Source: a virus
Lineage: Duplodnaviria; Caudoviricetes
DNA length: 41,518 nt
Direction: 5' to 3' (one strand)
Virus record (IMG/VR): IMGVR_UViG_3300025133_006663
Span: 1 to 41,518 of that record
The position numbers and the translations under genes were made by a program. The notes under the pieces were generated by a model, which searched no databases, was not told the DNA's origin, and saw only the letters and a program-made list of their open reading frames with translations. Of this stretch, positions 24,349 through 33,883 are shown piece after piece (the stretch's first letter is position 1; every line of letters starts with the position of its first letter).

Positions 24349-26472
24349 CTACGCTTGATAATCCACGCCATTATCGGCCGAGTACAGATCCTTCACCGGA
24401 ATCACGAACTGTTCCACGCCGTCAATCTCGCCGCTTTCAAAGTCGGGGACGCCGGTCAGATACTGCTTCGGGGAATGGCTCAGGGCGTACACATACTCAG
24501 CATGAACAACGAAAACGCGGGTATCGTGGTTTCCGTTCAGTTGTGGAGCTGGGACGTTGACGTGCTTTTTCAGGAGCGAATGGCCAACCCCGTCTTTGTC
24601 CGTGAAGGACGTCATTGGATCCGGTAGCCGTGGTGCGGCCCCCCATCGCTTGGCTTCTATCCGCACGATCCGGGTGACCTGTGGCGGGGCCAGCTGGATA
24701 AACCGCGTCTGTCTTGTACTGTCATTGATCGCCTGATTCGGAACGGGATTCTGCGACGGTGACTCCCCGGTGCCCCCGCTGCCGTAGCTGAACGGATCCG
24801 CCTCGCGCGCGACCGGCAACGGTGCCACCAGATCGATCTCACGGTACTCAGATTCGAGTTTCTGCCTCTCGTAGACGTTTTCCTTGTGCGTCGGGCTCAA
24901 CGCCTCAGCCTCCAGATCCGCGATCGTTCGCCGTATCCCGCCAGTAACGGCCGCCGGTTCCGTGCAGTTGCGGGATTTCCTCAGTTGCTCGATACGATCC
25001 TCATTAGCCGGCATCCCGCTGCACATAGAAAAGTCTGTCGTGTTTACACTCTGCAGGTGGCAGGCCAGCGCAGCCCCGGCCGCAATCGTTCCCTCAATCG
25101 GCGGTGTCTCGTCATCAAGGTACGACGTCGGAAAGGTGCGATTGCCCCAGCTCAAGAGCGGATTGTAGTCGTTCAGGGCCGTGGCCAACGCCGGATCCGT
25201 TGTGGCCGCCGCCAGCTGCGGCCCATCGACCTCGTTTCCGAAATTCTCCGTTACATGCTTGACGAGCGTGCCGTTCTTCATGTCGAACTTATCAGGGTTT
25301 CGCCTGATCTGGATCGACAACCGGACCTTGTTCGTTTTCAGCGAATCGTACTCTTCCGACATACGATACGACTCTATAAACACCGCGCGTTTGCGGACGT
25401 CTTCACCAGCCGCCAGCGGCTTGACGAACGTAGACAAGGCCAGTTTCGCGTCAGCATAGACGGCCGCCATACGCAGCAACATCTTGCGATTCGCGTTCGG
25501 CCCACCGGAGAGCGTTATCGTGAAATTCGTAATAACGTGCGTTGCAAACTGCGCCACGTTCTCGTCCTGGGTGACGGCCATGTGTACCGAGTCTTCGCCC
25601 GGCTTGCCCGTGCCAATCGGCGTCACGGTTGATTCTTCATCCCGGATAGAATACCGGAGCTTCAGGCCATCCGCCTGCGCCGCGAATTCGATGTGCCGCC
25701 GCTGCATTCCCGGCTCAATCGGAGGCAACGCCAGATAGCGGAACTCGTGCGGGCTCATGAACGGAGACGAGAGTGTAATCTGGCCTTGATACATGCGGGT
25801 GGTGAAGCGGTGCTGGTCGATCGTATCAACACAGGACCAGCGATTGCTAAGGACGCCGTACGCCCGCTGCACCTGCGCCATGGGGCCGCCGCTGAGGTAT
25901 TCGATCGGCGGCCGAATACAGACCTCAAACGTCACATTTACGCGAAACGTCTCGTTGGCCACCAGCTCGTCGATTTTCAGGTTGCGGACTCTCGGCCCGC
26001 CGTTCCGGTCATAATACTCGTACAGGCTGGAGTTGATGTCGAGTACCTTATCGGCCACCCCCTCGCCTTGTGCTTGTCCGGGGGCCGCTGGCCCGCCTAC
26101 TGCTGGATATGCCTGCAGGATAATCTGCTCAGCAACCCCGCCCTTGCCGACGGTCATTATAAACGTCTTACGCCGTGCCGTGATGCTGTCGGCCAGTTCA
26201 TAGTATCGGCCCCCGGCCGTCGTGTCATCCGTACGCGGCACGCTTTCGATTTCTACGGTCGCGCTTGGCACTGGCGTGTACACCGGCGGAGTCCCGCCAT
26301 TCGAGACCGTATCAATCCCGCTCACGAAGTAGCCCTGCACCGTCACCGTGAATTTATGATACAGCAGCGTCTGGCCGTCAGTGTCCCACACAGGTTCCTG
26401 GTGGAATTCCTTCGTGAGACATTCCTGCAGAACGACGTCGTTGTATTTGATTTCCGTGTAACCAGCTGCCAT
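24349..26472 (-). CDS. Putative tail structural protein (707 aa)
   Basis: Long beta-rich ORF directly downstream of the tape measure candidate; function inferred from position. Confidence 0.6.
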   Translation of the reverse strand: MAAGYTEIKYNDVVLQECLTKEFHQEPVWDTDGQTLLYHKFTVTVQGYFVSGIDTVSNGGTPPVYTPVPSATVEIESVPRTDDTTAGGRYYELADSITARRKTFIMTVGKGGVAEQIILQAYPAVGGPAAPGQAQGEGVADKVLDINSSLYEYYDRNGGPRVRNLKIDELVANETFRVNVTFEVCIRPPIEYLSGGPMAQVQRAYGVLSNRWSCVDTIDQHRFTTRMYQGQITLSSPFMSPHEFRYLALPPIEPGMQRRHIEFAAQADGLKLRYSIRDEESTVTPIGTGKPGEDSVHMAVTQDENVAQFATHVITNFTITLSGGPNANRKMLLRMAAVYADAKLALSTFVKPLAAGEDVRKRAVFIESYRMSEEYDSLKTNKVRLSIQIRRNPDKFDMKNGTLVKHVTENFGNEVDGPQLAAATTDPALATALNDYNPLLSWGNRTFPTSYLDDETPPIEGTIAAGAALACHLQSVNTTDFSMCSGMPANEDRIEQLRKSRNCTEPAAVTGGIRRTIADLEAEALSPTHKENVYERQKLESEYREIDLVAPLPVAREADPFSYGSGGTGESPSQNPVPNQAINDSTRQTRFIQLAPPQVTRIVRIEAKRWGAAPRLPDPMTSFTDKDGVGHSLLKKHVNVPAPQLNGNHDTRVFVVHAEYVYALSHSPKQYLTGVPDFESGEIDGVEQFVIPVKDLYSADNGVDYQA

Positions 26473-26483
26473 TGATCAAATTC

Positions 26484-27758
26484 CTACGGTTGAGCTGGAG
26501 CTGCGCCGAGACCTGCCAGCGGTGCCGGCTGTTGATCGAACGCCGGCCCGATAATGTGGTTGTGCATCATTAGCGGATCCAATTTCAACTTATCCGCCTG
26601 TCCCGGCCATTTGATTTTTGCCCACTTGAAAAAGTCTTTGACCTCTTCGATCAGTTTATCATCCGTCTCAGCACCCATTCCAAGCGCCTCAAGTAGAGCA
26701 TCCGGCATCATCATATCGATAGCCCCACCGGCCACAGTTGCCAGAGGATTATTGAACAAATCACTGCCCAGCTGCTTGGCTGAGTCTACAAACACATCGT
26801 CGAAATCAGCCCCCAACCCTGTCCACTCCAACAGAGTGTCTGACATAACGCTATCCGCGATCGCTCCCAATGGATTTTCGGCCCAGTCGGCAATAACACC
26901 CGTGGCCCATGCGCCAAGCCTTGACGACAGTTTGCCCCACATGAGTTTCCAGTAGTGCAGCGCTTCATTTATCCGCTCTTGATTGTCCAGATGCTCCGCA
27001 CCGCTTTTCTGCAGGGCGTTCGCCATCTCGATATCACGCAGGATATTGCCGACCTCGATACGCTTCTGTGCTCCCAGCAGAGCGCCGTTGAACTTGGCGA
27101 CAGCGTTTACCTGCTCCCAGCCCATGTTGGACATTTTTTTGAGGACGACAGCGGCACCAACCACCCCCGCCACCAACACCGCAATACCGATCCCCACCGG
27201 GCCAAGGGCACCGGCGACCCTCCCAAATCCGCGCGCGAGTCCGATGGCCGCTCGGATCAGTAGCCCCGTCTGCACCACCCCGCCGCCTTCTTCGTCCTCG
27301 CCGTCTCGTTCGGCCTGCATCGCCTGCGCACGACGCGCGAGCCAGCCGTCGCTGGTTATGTTCCGGTTCAGTATCCCCTGATCGCCATCGAATCGCATGG
27401 CCTGCGATATGTTCGTCGGGGCCGCCTCTGCTGTCCGGGGCCGCCCAAATGCGTGCTCTATGACGGCCTGCGTAGCGGTCAACGCCTCCGGGATGTCGAT
27501 CCCGGCAATTCTCGCCGCAAACCCCATCATTGATTCAATGACGGACTCCCACAGATTGGCCGGCGGTTCGATCTGCTCGAATAGTGAATTCGGCGAACCC
27601 GCTGGCACATCGTTATCAAACGTCGGGAACACGGGCGGGTTTCGCTCCATGTCCTGATATTCGTAGTCCCAGCTGTCGCGGATATTCCACAGCCCATAAA
27701 ACGCGTCGTCGCTGGTGCCCCTGCCATCTGCGCGGGGATATTGCTGCTCATCGCTCAC
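26484..27758 (-). CDS. Putative short tape measure protein (424 aa)
   Basis: Follows the frameshifting chaperone. Ala/Gly-rich and helical, with hydrophobic segment GALGPVGIGIAVLVAGVVGAAVVL and imperfect repeats (NPLGAIADSVMSDTLLEWTGLGADFDD / NPLATVAGGAIDMMMPDALLEALGMGAETDD). Confidence 0.65.
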   Translation of the reverse strand: MSDEQQYPRADGRGTSDDAFYGLWNIRDSWDYEYQDMERNPPVFPTFDNDVPAGSPNSLFEQIEPPANLWESVIESMMGFAARIAGIDIPEALTATQAVIEHAFGRPRTAEAAPTNISQAMRFDGDQGILNRNITSDGWLARRAQAMQAERDGEDEEGGGVVQTGLLIRAAIGLARGFGRVAGALGPVGIGIAVLVAGVVGAAVVLKKMSNMGWEQVNAVAKFNGALLGAQKRIEVGNILRDIEMANALQKSGAEHLDNQERINEALHYWKLMWGKLSSRLGAWATGVIADWAENPLGAIADSVMSDTLLEWTGLGADFDDVFVDSAKQLGSDLFNNPLATVAGGAIDMMMPDALLEALGMGAETDDKLIEEVKDFFKWAKIKWPGQADKLKLDPLMMHNHIIGPAFDQQPAPLAGLGAAPAQP

Positions 27759-28362
27759 GAGTCGTCTCCCTCTTTGCCGGCCTTCGTCGCTGCTTGCCAG
27801 AGCTGCTGCATGTACTGGCCCGTTTTCTTTTCACCGGCCAACTGCACGAACATGGCTTCAGAGGGACCCGAGAACGCGGCCGCGACCCCAAACAAAGTTG
27901 GCCAGGCCTGCACCGTCAGGCTGTCTGGGGCATTGAGCCAGAGCCCGACATATCGCTCGTGTTCGTCTCTGCTCGAGAGTCTGACGGCATCTCGGACGTC
28001 GCCGTAGATGGCTCGAATTCGGGCGTGAGGCGCATGTTTTTTTTTAGCGCGTCCATCTGGCCATTAAACGAATTCAAGAGCTTCAGAAGCTCCATTTCCG
28101 TCAACCCATGCTTACCGTCGAACAGAGGCAGGCCGAACGCTTCACGGGCCACAGCAGCCAGCCCGCCGATCGCTTCCCCCCGCGTGGAGGACTTCGGACT
28201 ACTCAGCCGCTTGAAGTCATTGTCCGAATCATAGTCTGGATTCTCGGCCAGCCGGCGAATAATCACCATCGGGTCAAGGCGCACGATCTTCCGCCCGTCC
28301 CAGAAGGCGAACAGCCTCCGCTGACGAGTGACCAGCTTCCGCATGATCCAGTTACGCAGCAT
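27755..28362 (-). CDS. Tail assembly chaperone pair (G/GT-type): short form 27916-28362, -1 frameshift form to 27755
   Basis: Slippery CTA AAA AAA AAC (A9, 28037-28045). The -1 frame (HAPHARIRAIYG...KEGDDS*) stays open to a TGA at 27755-27757 that overlaps the GTG start of the next gene. Confidence 0.85.
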
Positions 28363-28937
28363 TAAACCACCGTGTCCCGGTTGTACAGTTTGAGCTTATC
28401 GGAGTCATCGGCATCGATGAACGTGTACGCCGTTATGACGATTTCCACCGCCGTGACCTTTGAGCCCACGTTGAAATCAACGGCATCTTTGAACAGACAG
28501 ACGTTGAAATTCAGCGGCGTAATGACCTCAGCGACCGGCGTGCCGCCCACCACCTCAGCCGCATCCTTCGTGCCTTCGAGCAACAGCCGGAACTGTTCGG
28601 CATCCTTGAGTAGCAGAGTCCCAGGTGTAGGAACCTGGCCGTCCGTCAGCGCTGTCTTTGACGCGAACGCTTTCAGCCGTTTCAGCGTCGTGTAGTTGAA
28701 TTCGGTCAGCTTGCCGCGAATGGTGCCGAGAACCCCGAAAATCTGAGTATCGACCGGCACACCACTGCTGCCGCCGTTGCGATCGGAGAACACGTCCTGC
28801 ATCAGCGGGCGCTCGGAAATGGAAAACCCTTCCTCCGAATATCCCAGCTCGACGAACGCACCGGGCGTGCCGGCAGGATCAAACTGAATCTGAGCCTCAG
28901 CTGGCCCCGTGGTCATTCGCGTAGTTGTGTTGGCCAT
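28362..28937 (-). CDS. Major tail tube protein (191 aa)
   Basis: 'ELGYSEEGFSIS...GTIRGKLTEFN' pattern; sits directly before the chaperone and tape measure. Confidence 0.75.
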   Translation of the reverse strand: MANTTTRMTTGPAEAQIQFDPAGTPGAFVELGYSEEGFSISERPLMQDVFSDRNGGSSGVPVDTQIFGVLGTIRGKLTEFNYTTLKRLKAFASKTALTDGQVPTPGTLLLKDAEQFRLLLEGTKDAAEVVGGTPVAEVITPLNFNVCLFKDAVDFNVGSKVTAVEIVITAYTFIDADDSDKLKLYNRDTVV

Positions 28938-28940
28938 TGC

Positions 28941-29450
28941 TTATCGCCTTCCGATAGGCAGAGACGGATTGCCGAAATATCGCGGCTTCCGAATCCTGAT
29001 TGAATCGTTATTAACCATGTCCTGGTAACTGACGCCATCCGTTGAAACCCGGCCGGCGTCTACGTCTGCATCGTCGCCGCCAAAGATCGCATGGCCGTCC
29101 TGCAGGGCCTTCAGGTGCGTCTCTCGCAGTTCCTTTAGCTGTTCGTACAGTTTGGCGTTCACGGCCGGCCTGCGGCTTAGCAGGTGCAGCATCGCGATCG
29201 AGCAAATGATATATTTCAGATACGCCAGAGCCGTGCCGGTGAGGGCCGCCAGCTCCGTTGTGGTGTAGCGGCCGCCAACCAGCAGATTGGCAACCACTTC
29301 CCCCTCAGCGTCATCGAGGGCCGCCGCCAGGTTAGTGTCCGTAGCGAGATCCGACGGAAGGACCGGCGTACCCGTATCCGACACCAGCTGCTGTATGCTG
29401 CGGGTATCAAACCGGGCCGTCAGATCGTCCGCGTCGGTGTAATCGCTCAT
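28941..29450 (-). CDS. Head-tail adaptor (DUF1320 / Mu gp36-like)
   Basis: 'Y...DDLTARF...QQL.SD...AALDDAEGEV...GGRY...ICSIA...L...R' pattern; downstream of the capsid gene. Confidence 0.8.
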   Translation of the reverse strand: MSDYTDADDLTARFDTRSIQQLVSDTGTPVLPSDLATDTNLAAALDDAEGEVVANLLVGGRYTTTELAALTGTALAYLKYIICSIAMLHLLSRRPAVNAKLYEQLKELRETHLKALQDGHAIFGGDDADVDAGRVSTDGVSYQDMVNNDSIRIRKPRYFGNPSLPIGRR

Positions 29451-29455
29451 TGTGC

Positions 29456-29731
29456 TTAAAGTCCGCTATCCAGTGGGACGCTCGTGCTTTCCACAGCTGG
29501 GACCGCATCGCCGGCCTCTTCCAGCTTGAGCAGCCGGCTCGCCAGTTCTTCGACCAGTTTGACTACGCTGCCGACGTGGCCTTCCACGGCCGTTACGCGA
29601 GACTCCAGGGCCGTACTGGCCGCCACCGACTCCGGTGACGCGACCGTGCCGGATTCCAGCGCTTCGATTCGCTCCACCATCGTGACCGGGGCCGGTTCAG
29701 GCACTACAGCTGCGGTTTCTTCTTCACTCAT
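29456..29731 (-). CDS. Small acidic coiled-coil protein (91 aa)
   Basis: ERIEALE / ESRVTAVE / SRLLKLE heptads; fills the gap between the terminator and the adaptor gene. Confidence 0.65.
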   Translation of the reverse strand: MSEEETAAVVPEPAPVTMVERIEALESGTVASPESVAASTALESRVTAVEGHVGSVVKLVEELASRLLKLEEAGDAVPAVESTSVPLDSGL

Positions 29732-29746
29732 CGGTCAGTCTTTCAT

Positions 29747-29784
29747 AAAAAAAAGCCGGTCGCCGCTCAGGGACAACCGGCTTT
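29747..29784 (-). terminator. Rho-independent terminator after the major capsid gene
   Basis: AAAGCCGGT...ACCGGCTTT stem; A8 at 29747-29754 gives a U tail on the minus strand. Confidence 0.85.
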
Positions 29785-29810
29785 CTGGTTCTCGTGTCTG
29801 TCTGTCAAAC

Positions 29811-30845
29811 CTAAGCGTTTTGGAACATGCCCATTGCGGCAGGAGCCGTCGCGACAAAGGCGTAGTCGTCAACGACACGGCCTTCGGTGCGGCGATTCTT
29901 TTTGTCCCGGAAGGTTTCAACCTTCATTTCCTCGAAGACGAAACAGGTGCCGCCGGAGAACGACGGAGCCCCGTACTGGCCAACCAGTGAACCCGGTCGG
30001 GCCGTCATGAACGGCGTGCCGCTCGCAAGAACTTGAGACACGGCACGAGTTGCACCGCGTTTGCTCGTGACCTTGCGGGTCTTCTCGACCACCAGATTGA
30101 TGCCGTACAGCTGTTTCGGCAGGTCGTACATGGCGTTGGCATTGCTGCTGTTCAAGTCGCCTTTGATCTGCGACAGAGCCACCGGGCTACGTTTGATGTA
30201 GTCCACGATTTCCTGCGACTCGCTGATGGACTTGGCCAGAGCCGAATTGATGACGAGGACCATATCCTCTTCTTCAATGGCCGCCAGCGTGGCGTCCAGC
30301 ATCTGCTCCTGCAGAGCCCGAATCGACTTCTTGATTGTCTGCCGCTGCGTGGTGGACTGGCCCCACGTTCCGGTTGACAAGGTGGAGACGTCGATAACAT
30401 GCGCCGACAGGTGATTGGCGGTCGTGGTGAACAGGTCGCAAGCGTCCTTCGTTCGCCGAGTCATGGCCTTCTGCCCGTTGGCGGCCGCTGTGGCATCCAA
30501 CAGAGGGAAGCTGGCCTGCTTCAGACCCTTGTCGCCCAGAGCGTACGGATACGCTTCGCGATGAGTCTGGAAGATTTTGAACTCGAATTCCCGCTGATGT
30601 GGATTACCAGACGGGGCCGGAGCACCATCGGGCCACGCGAATTCCTTGCCGTCGTTGACGATACGGCCGGCTTCCTCGTGATCCATCTCAAGGTAGTACC
30701 CCTTCGATTCGTCAACCGGAACCACCTGAACGTAGTTGTTCAACGCGAACTTTTTGATGTTGCGGCTGTAGTCAATCATCATCTTTTTTGATGACGCATG
30801 AGATGGCACGAAGCCATTTTCCGAGCCGAGGACTGTCTGAGTCAT
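29811..30845 (-). CDS. Major capsid protein (HK97 fold, gpE-like; 344 aa)
   Basis: Size, position after protease and cement genes, 'VVPVDESKGYY' motif, followed by a terminator. Confidence 0.85.
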   Translation of the reverse strand: MTQTVLGSENGFVPSHASSKKMMIDYSRNIKKFALNNYVQVVPVDESKGYYLEMDHEEAGRIVNDGKEFAWPDGAPAPSGNPHQREFEFKIFQTHREAYPYALGDKGLKQASFPLLDATAAANGQKAMTRRTKDACDLFTTTANHLSAHVIDVSTLSTGTWGQSTTQRQTIKKSIRALQEQMLDATLAAIEEEDMVLVINSALAKSISESQEIVDYIKRSPVALSQIKGDLNSSNANAMYDLPKQLYGINLVVEKTRKVTSKRGATRAVSQVLASGTPFMTARPGSLVGQYGAPSFSGGTCFVFEEMKVETFRDKKNRRTEGRVVDDYAFVATAPAAMGMFQNA

Positions 30846-30925
30846 GATCTTGACTTCCCGTTACTGTTTTGATTCCGAACCAACAAAAGGAGCAGCAGGT
30901 CTGCTACTCAGTGAACAAATAGACG

Positions 30926-31315
30926 TTACGCCAGGAGGCCAGTGAGGACGGGCTGCACAGCGATCAGATCGCCGCTGACACCATCCGAGCGAGCAATAGC
31001 CCCGTAGTATTTTCCGGTCGTGGCCGCGATACCCATGCCATTGGCGTCGGGCATGATCGGGTCGCCGTACGAAACCGTTCCGCCCAGTTCCAGCAGAACC
31101 GTGCGGTCAGTATCAACACCAGTGCCGTCGTTTACCTGGCAATGATCGCCGCTTTCGGCGTGGTTTGCATTATTTACGTCGTTCCTAGCGTCCTTCGCGG
31201 CCTGGCCCGAAACACCCAACGGCTGCGAATTCAGATCCGCCTGAATTACCTGGCCGTCAGTCGAGTCAGCTTTAACGAACCGAGCCGGCAGAATTGCGCC
31301 ACCTGCAATAGTCAT
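30926..31315 (-). CDS. Capsid cement / decoration protein (DUF2190-like)
   Basis: 'RFVK...LGVS...ELGGTVSYGDPIMPDANGMG...A..DGVSGDLIAV' pattern; lies between protease and capsid. Confidence 0.8.
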   Translation of the reverse strand: MTIAGGAILPARFVKADSTDGQVIQADLNSQPLGVSGQAAKDARNDVNNANHAESGDHCQVNDGTGVDTDRTVLLELGGTVSYGDPIMPDANGMGIAATTGKYYGAIARSDGVSGDLIAVQPVLTGLLA

Positions 31316-31375
31316 GTTTTCAATCCTTCAAATCGTTCTGAGAATGGTCGAATGTCGCCGTGCAGCCGTTGTGCG

Positions 31376-32977
31376 TTATGCCTCTACGGTCGGCCGCTGG
31401 TACTGTTCGCGAGCCGTGGAGTAGTCGAGATCGTTTTCCATCGCGTACTTCGCGACAGCTTCTGCCGTGTCTTCGTCCAGATCGCCGGCGCTGTCCTGCG
31501 CGGCTGCCTGGCCATCCGGCCGGTGAGTGTTGAAGTCGCCGATACCCGTGAGGTTTCGGCTGTAGTTGTCCTTGATCCGCGTCAGCTGTGAGTCAGCGTC
31601 AGCCACGGACATGGCGCAAAGCCCATCCAGCTCGCTGTCACGATTGAATACGTGCGTCTGCGAAAGAACATCCAGCTCGCGCGAATACCGTTCGCGACGG
31701 CCGGAGCCTTCGAGTTCAGCAATTCGCTCGTGCAGATTCTGGTTCTGCGCTTCGAGGAATTCGATACGTTCGTGCGGCTTGGCATATTGTTCGGTTGGCA
31801 TCGAGTACATTCCCTGTTCGGGGCGTTGTTGAGAGGGATCCTGATCGTCAGGACCGCCCGGAAAAGATGGAGCTTGTTCAGCAGCTGGCGGCATTCCGTC
31901 AGCCGGAGGTGGCCCCCCGGCATCTGGTGGCATAGCTTCGCCGCCCGGTGGAGGTGGTGCCCCCATCTCTGGCGGTCCCGGTTGTGCAGCTTGTCCTGGC
32001 AGTTGAGCCACTGGGTCAACCGGCTGCTGGACGGCCGGCGAGGCCATACCGCTGTCGCCTGATTGGGCCATTTGCTGCATTACCCACTGCATGGGCTGCG
32101 TCTGCATGATTCCGTCTACGACGTTCTGCAGGAACTGTTCTTGCGAGCCGGCTTCGGACATATCCGGCATTCCGCTCGGATCGCTGCCGTATTGGTCGCT
32201 GCCGCCAAACTGGCCGCCACCGCCACCAAATTGAGGGGCGAAGCTGTTGGCCCCGCCCATCGCGCTCATATAGCAGTCGATTTCAATCTCATCAAAAGAT
32301 GTGTCATCCAGCGACCGGCTGTAGCGATCAATCGGCGTTTCATGGCCATCGGCGTCAATCGCTGAGTATTTGGCCGGCGGAAGGTCCAGCCGTGGCGTTG
32401 TGGTCCCCAGAGCGGCAACCGGAGCAAAAAACCGATCCGCCATGTTTGGATACTTCCAGACCTCCGGCGACCTGCCCGGCAGGCCCTTGAAGTCTTCGAG
32501 GCGGTCAGCTCGGCGATATTCGTCAGTCAGAACCGCGAATTTGGGATTCTCGCGGCCGATCATTCCGAGCCGCATGGCCCCGCTGAAACCAAGCAAATCG
32601 GGCTCTGCGGCCCCTTTTTGCGTGTGCCCTTTGCTGATCGGGCTGAATTGTGCCGTATCGCGAATCCGGCCGTTCATGTTCTCGCACATGGCCGCCAGCG
32701 AATAACTGTCGTACGTCCCGGAGATGGTCGAACCATCAGCAGACAGCGAATCCGGAACGCTGTGCTCGCAGAAGACAACGACGTCTCGGGCTTCGCTGTA
32801 CTTATCTGGATCGAAGTGATCGCGGGCCTGATCCCGTTCGATCATTTCGCCATTGCCGGCCTGCCACGCCTCATCGCACGCCTCATTGCGGGCATACGGA
32901 TCCGGTATCTCACCCAGCATCGCGCCGTGAAAGCGAATGGCAAACTGTGGCTGAGTTTCGTTTTCTTCTGGCAACAT
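31376..32977 (-). CDS. Prohead protease-scaffold fusion (Mu gpI-like)
   Basis: Candidate catalytic His (SKGHT) and Ser (GRSPEV) plus 'VAALG..TP'; Pro/Gln-rich linker and C-terminal coiled-coil scaffold. Confidence 0.75.
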   Translation of the reverse strand: MLPEENETQPQFAIRFHGAMLGEIPDPYARNEACDEAWQAGNGEMIERDQARDHFDPDKYSEARDVVVFCEHSVPDSLSADGSTISGTYDSYSLAAMCENMNGRIRDTAQFSPISKGHTQKGAAEPDLLGFSGAMRLGMIGRENPKFAVLTDEYRRADRLEDFKGLPGRSPEVWKYPNMADRFFAPVAALGTTTPRLDLPPAKYSAIDADGHETPIDRYSRSLDDTSFDEIEIDCYMSAMGGANSFAPQFGGGGGQFGGSDQYGSDPSGMPDMSEAGSQEQFLQNVVDGIMQTQPMQWVMQQMAQSGDSGMASPAVQQPVDPVAQLPGQAAQPGPPEMGAPPPPGGEAMPPDAGGPPPADGMPPAAEQAPSFPGGPDDQDPSQQRPEQGMYSMPTEQYAKPHERIEFLEAQNQNLHERIAELEGSGRRERYSRELDVLSQTHVFNRDSELDGLCAMSVADADSQLTRIKDNYSRNLTGIGDFNTHRPDGQAAAQDSAGDLDEDTAEAVAKYAMENDLDYSTAREQYQRPTVEA

Positions 32978-33001
32978 GCTGGAACGTGTTCCGTAAAAAC
33001 G

Positions 33002-33040
33002 AAAAAAGCCCGGTCAGCGGCTGAGGCTGATCGGGCTTTT
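33002..33040 (-). terminator. Terminator hairpin (potentially bidirectional) just upstream of the protease gene
   Basis: AAAAAA-GCCCGGTCAGC-ggctgag-GCTGATCGGGC-TTTT. Confidence 0.8.
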
Positions 33041-33081
33041 GATAAAGTACCGAAAGTTGTGTTTTTGCTAACCGTTCCCAG

Positions 33082-33420
33082 TTAACACTGAAAAGTCTGT
33101 GTTATCCCCTTTCGCGTGTCAACAACGATCCCCTGGAATATTTCGATTTCCACTTCGATCCGACCAAAGAACCCGGAATCTAATGCCACCGCCTGCTTAT
33201 ACACCTTCTGCAGCATGGCGGCTGGACTCGCGTGTTCGATTTCCTCGCGCCGGAGCACCCGCGTCTCTGCGAACCGCTTGTCGCACTTCCGTGGCTTGCC
33301 GGCCTGCAATTCACACCCGCAGGTGAAGACACCCGTCTGTTTGGTCGCTCGCAGATGCACGAGCCGCGCCGACACCGAATTGAGGTAGTTGGCGAACGTA
33401 ATCCGTGATTTTGGCTGCAT
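33082..33420 (-). CDS. Hypothetical protein (112 aa), two helix-strand-strand repeats reminiscent of DUF2292
   Basis: 'KQTGVFTCGCELQAGKP' and 'GFFGRIEVEIEIFQGIVV'; AAGG upstream of ATG. Confidence 0.6.
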   Translation of the reverse strand: MQPKSRITFANYLNSVSARLVHLRATKQTGVFTCGCELQAGKPRKCDKRFAETRVLRREEIEHASPAAMLQKVYKQAVALDSGFFGRIEVEIEIFQGIVVDTRKGITQTFQC

Positions 33421-33429
33421 CCTTGCCCT

Positions 33430-33714
33430 TCAGTTGAAATCGTTGTCCTGGCGGTTGTCCAGCTTCTCGCGAACGATATCAGCCACCTTGTCCTCAAGCC
33501 AGCCGTTCAGGACCGACACCAGCGAGGCCCATGTATCTTCCTGGCGGGCCTGCACGAGCACCATCAACCGAACGTGCTTCGGGATTTCCTTCCAGCAGCT
33601 GGGGCAGCACGGCACGAATGTGCGGTTATCGGGCATGTGCGGCGAATGCTTTACGCTGCAGACGCCGCAGAGTTCATCCTTGAGGCTGCCGAGATATTTG
33701 GCCATGCCGGCCAT
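33430..33714 (-). CDS. Small Zn-finger protein (CxxC...CxxC)
   Basis: CGVC and CPSC motifs; start uncertain (ATG 33714 versus TTG 33741). Confidence 0.6.
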   Translation of the reverse strand: MAGMAKYLGSLKDELCGVCSVKHSPHMPDNRTFVPCCPSCWKEIPKHVRLMVLVQARQEDTWASLVSVLNGWLEDKVADIVREKLDNRQDNDFN

Positions 33715-33806
33715 TGTCGGCGTATCACATCCACGACGCAAGCCTCAAAAGAGTTCCCCCTGCGCTGCAGCAACTGCCCTATCTGCCCGTCACGGGTCAC
33801 GTAGTA

Positions 33807-33835
33807 TTCACCGACCCTGAACTGCATGGTATAAT
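33807..33835 (+). promoter_or_regulatory. Sigma70-type promoter for the KTSC gene
   Basis: TTCACC-N17-TATAAT with an extended -10 (TGgTATAAT). Confidence 0.65.
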
Positions 33836-33883
33836 CTCCGAGGTTAATTTACTGTCCTAAACCATTGTAGCAGATCCGTACAC

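Noticed and set aside
1-26472. Diversity-generating retroelement or invertible tail cassette
   Set aside because: No reverse transcriptase, template/variable repeat pair or invertase seen.
17861-32989. Shared GGAACGTGT 9-mer upstream of the portal and protease genes as a late-promoter element
   Set aside because: Distances to the starts differ and the 9-mer also occurs inside a CDS (~14759); too weak.
1587-33085. Many plus-strand ORFs of 60-300 aa opposite the structural genes (e.g. 1654-2448, 9634-10530, 25693-26475)
   Set aside because: Antisense shadows of long GC-rich minus-strand genes; no motifs or RBS.
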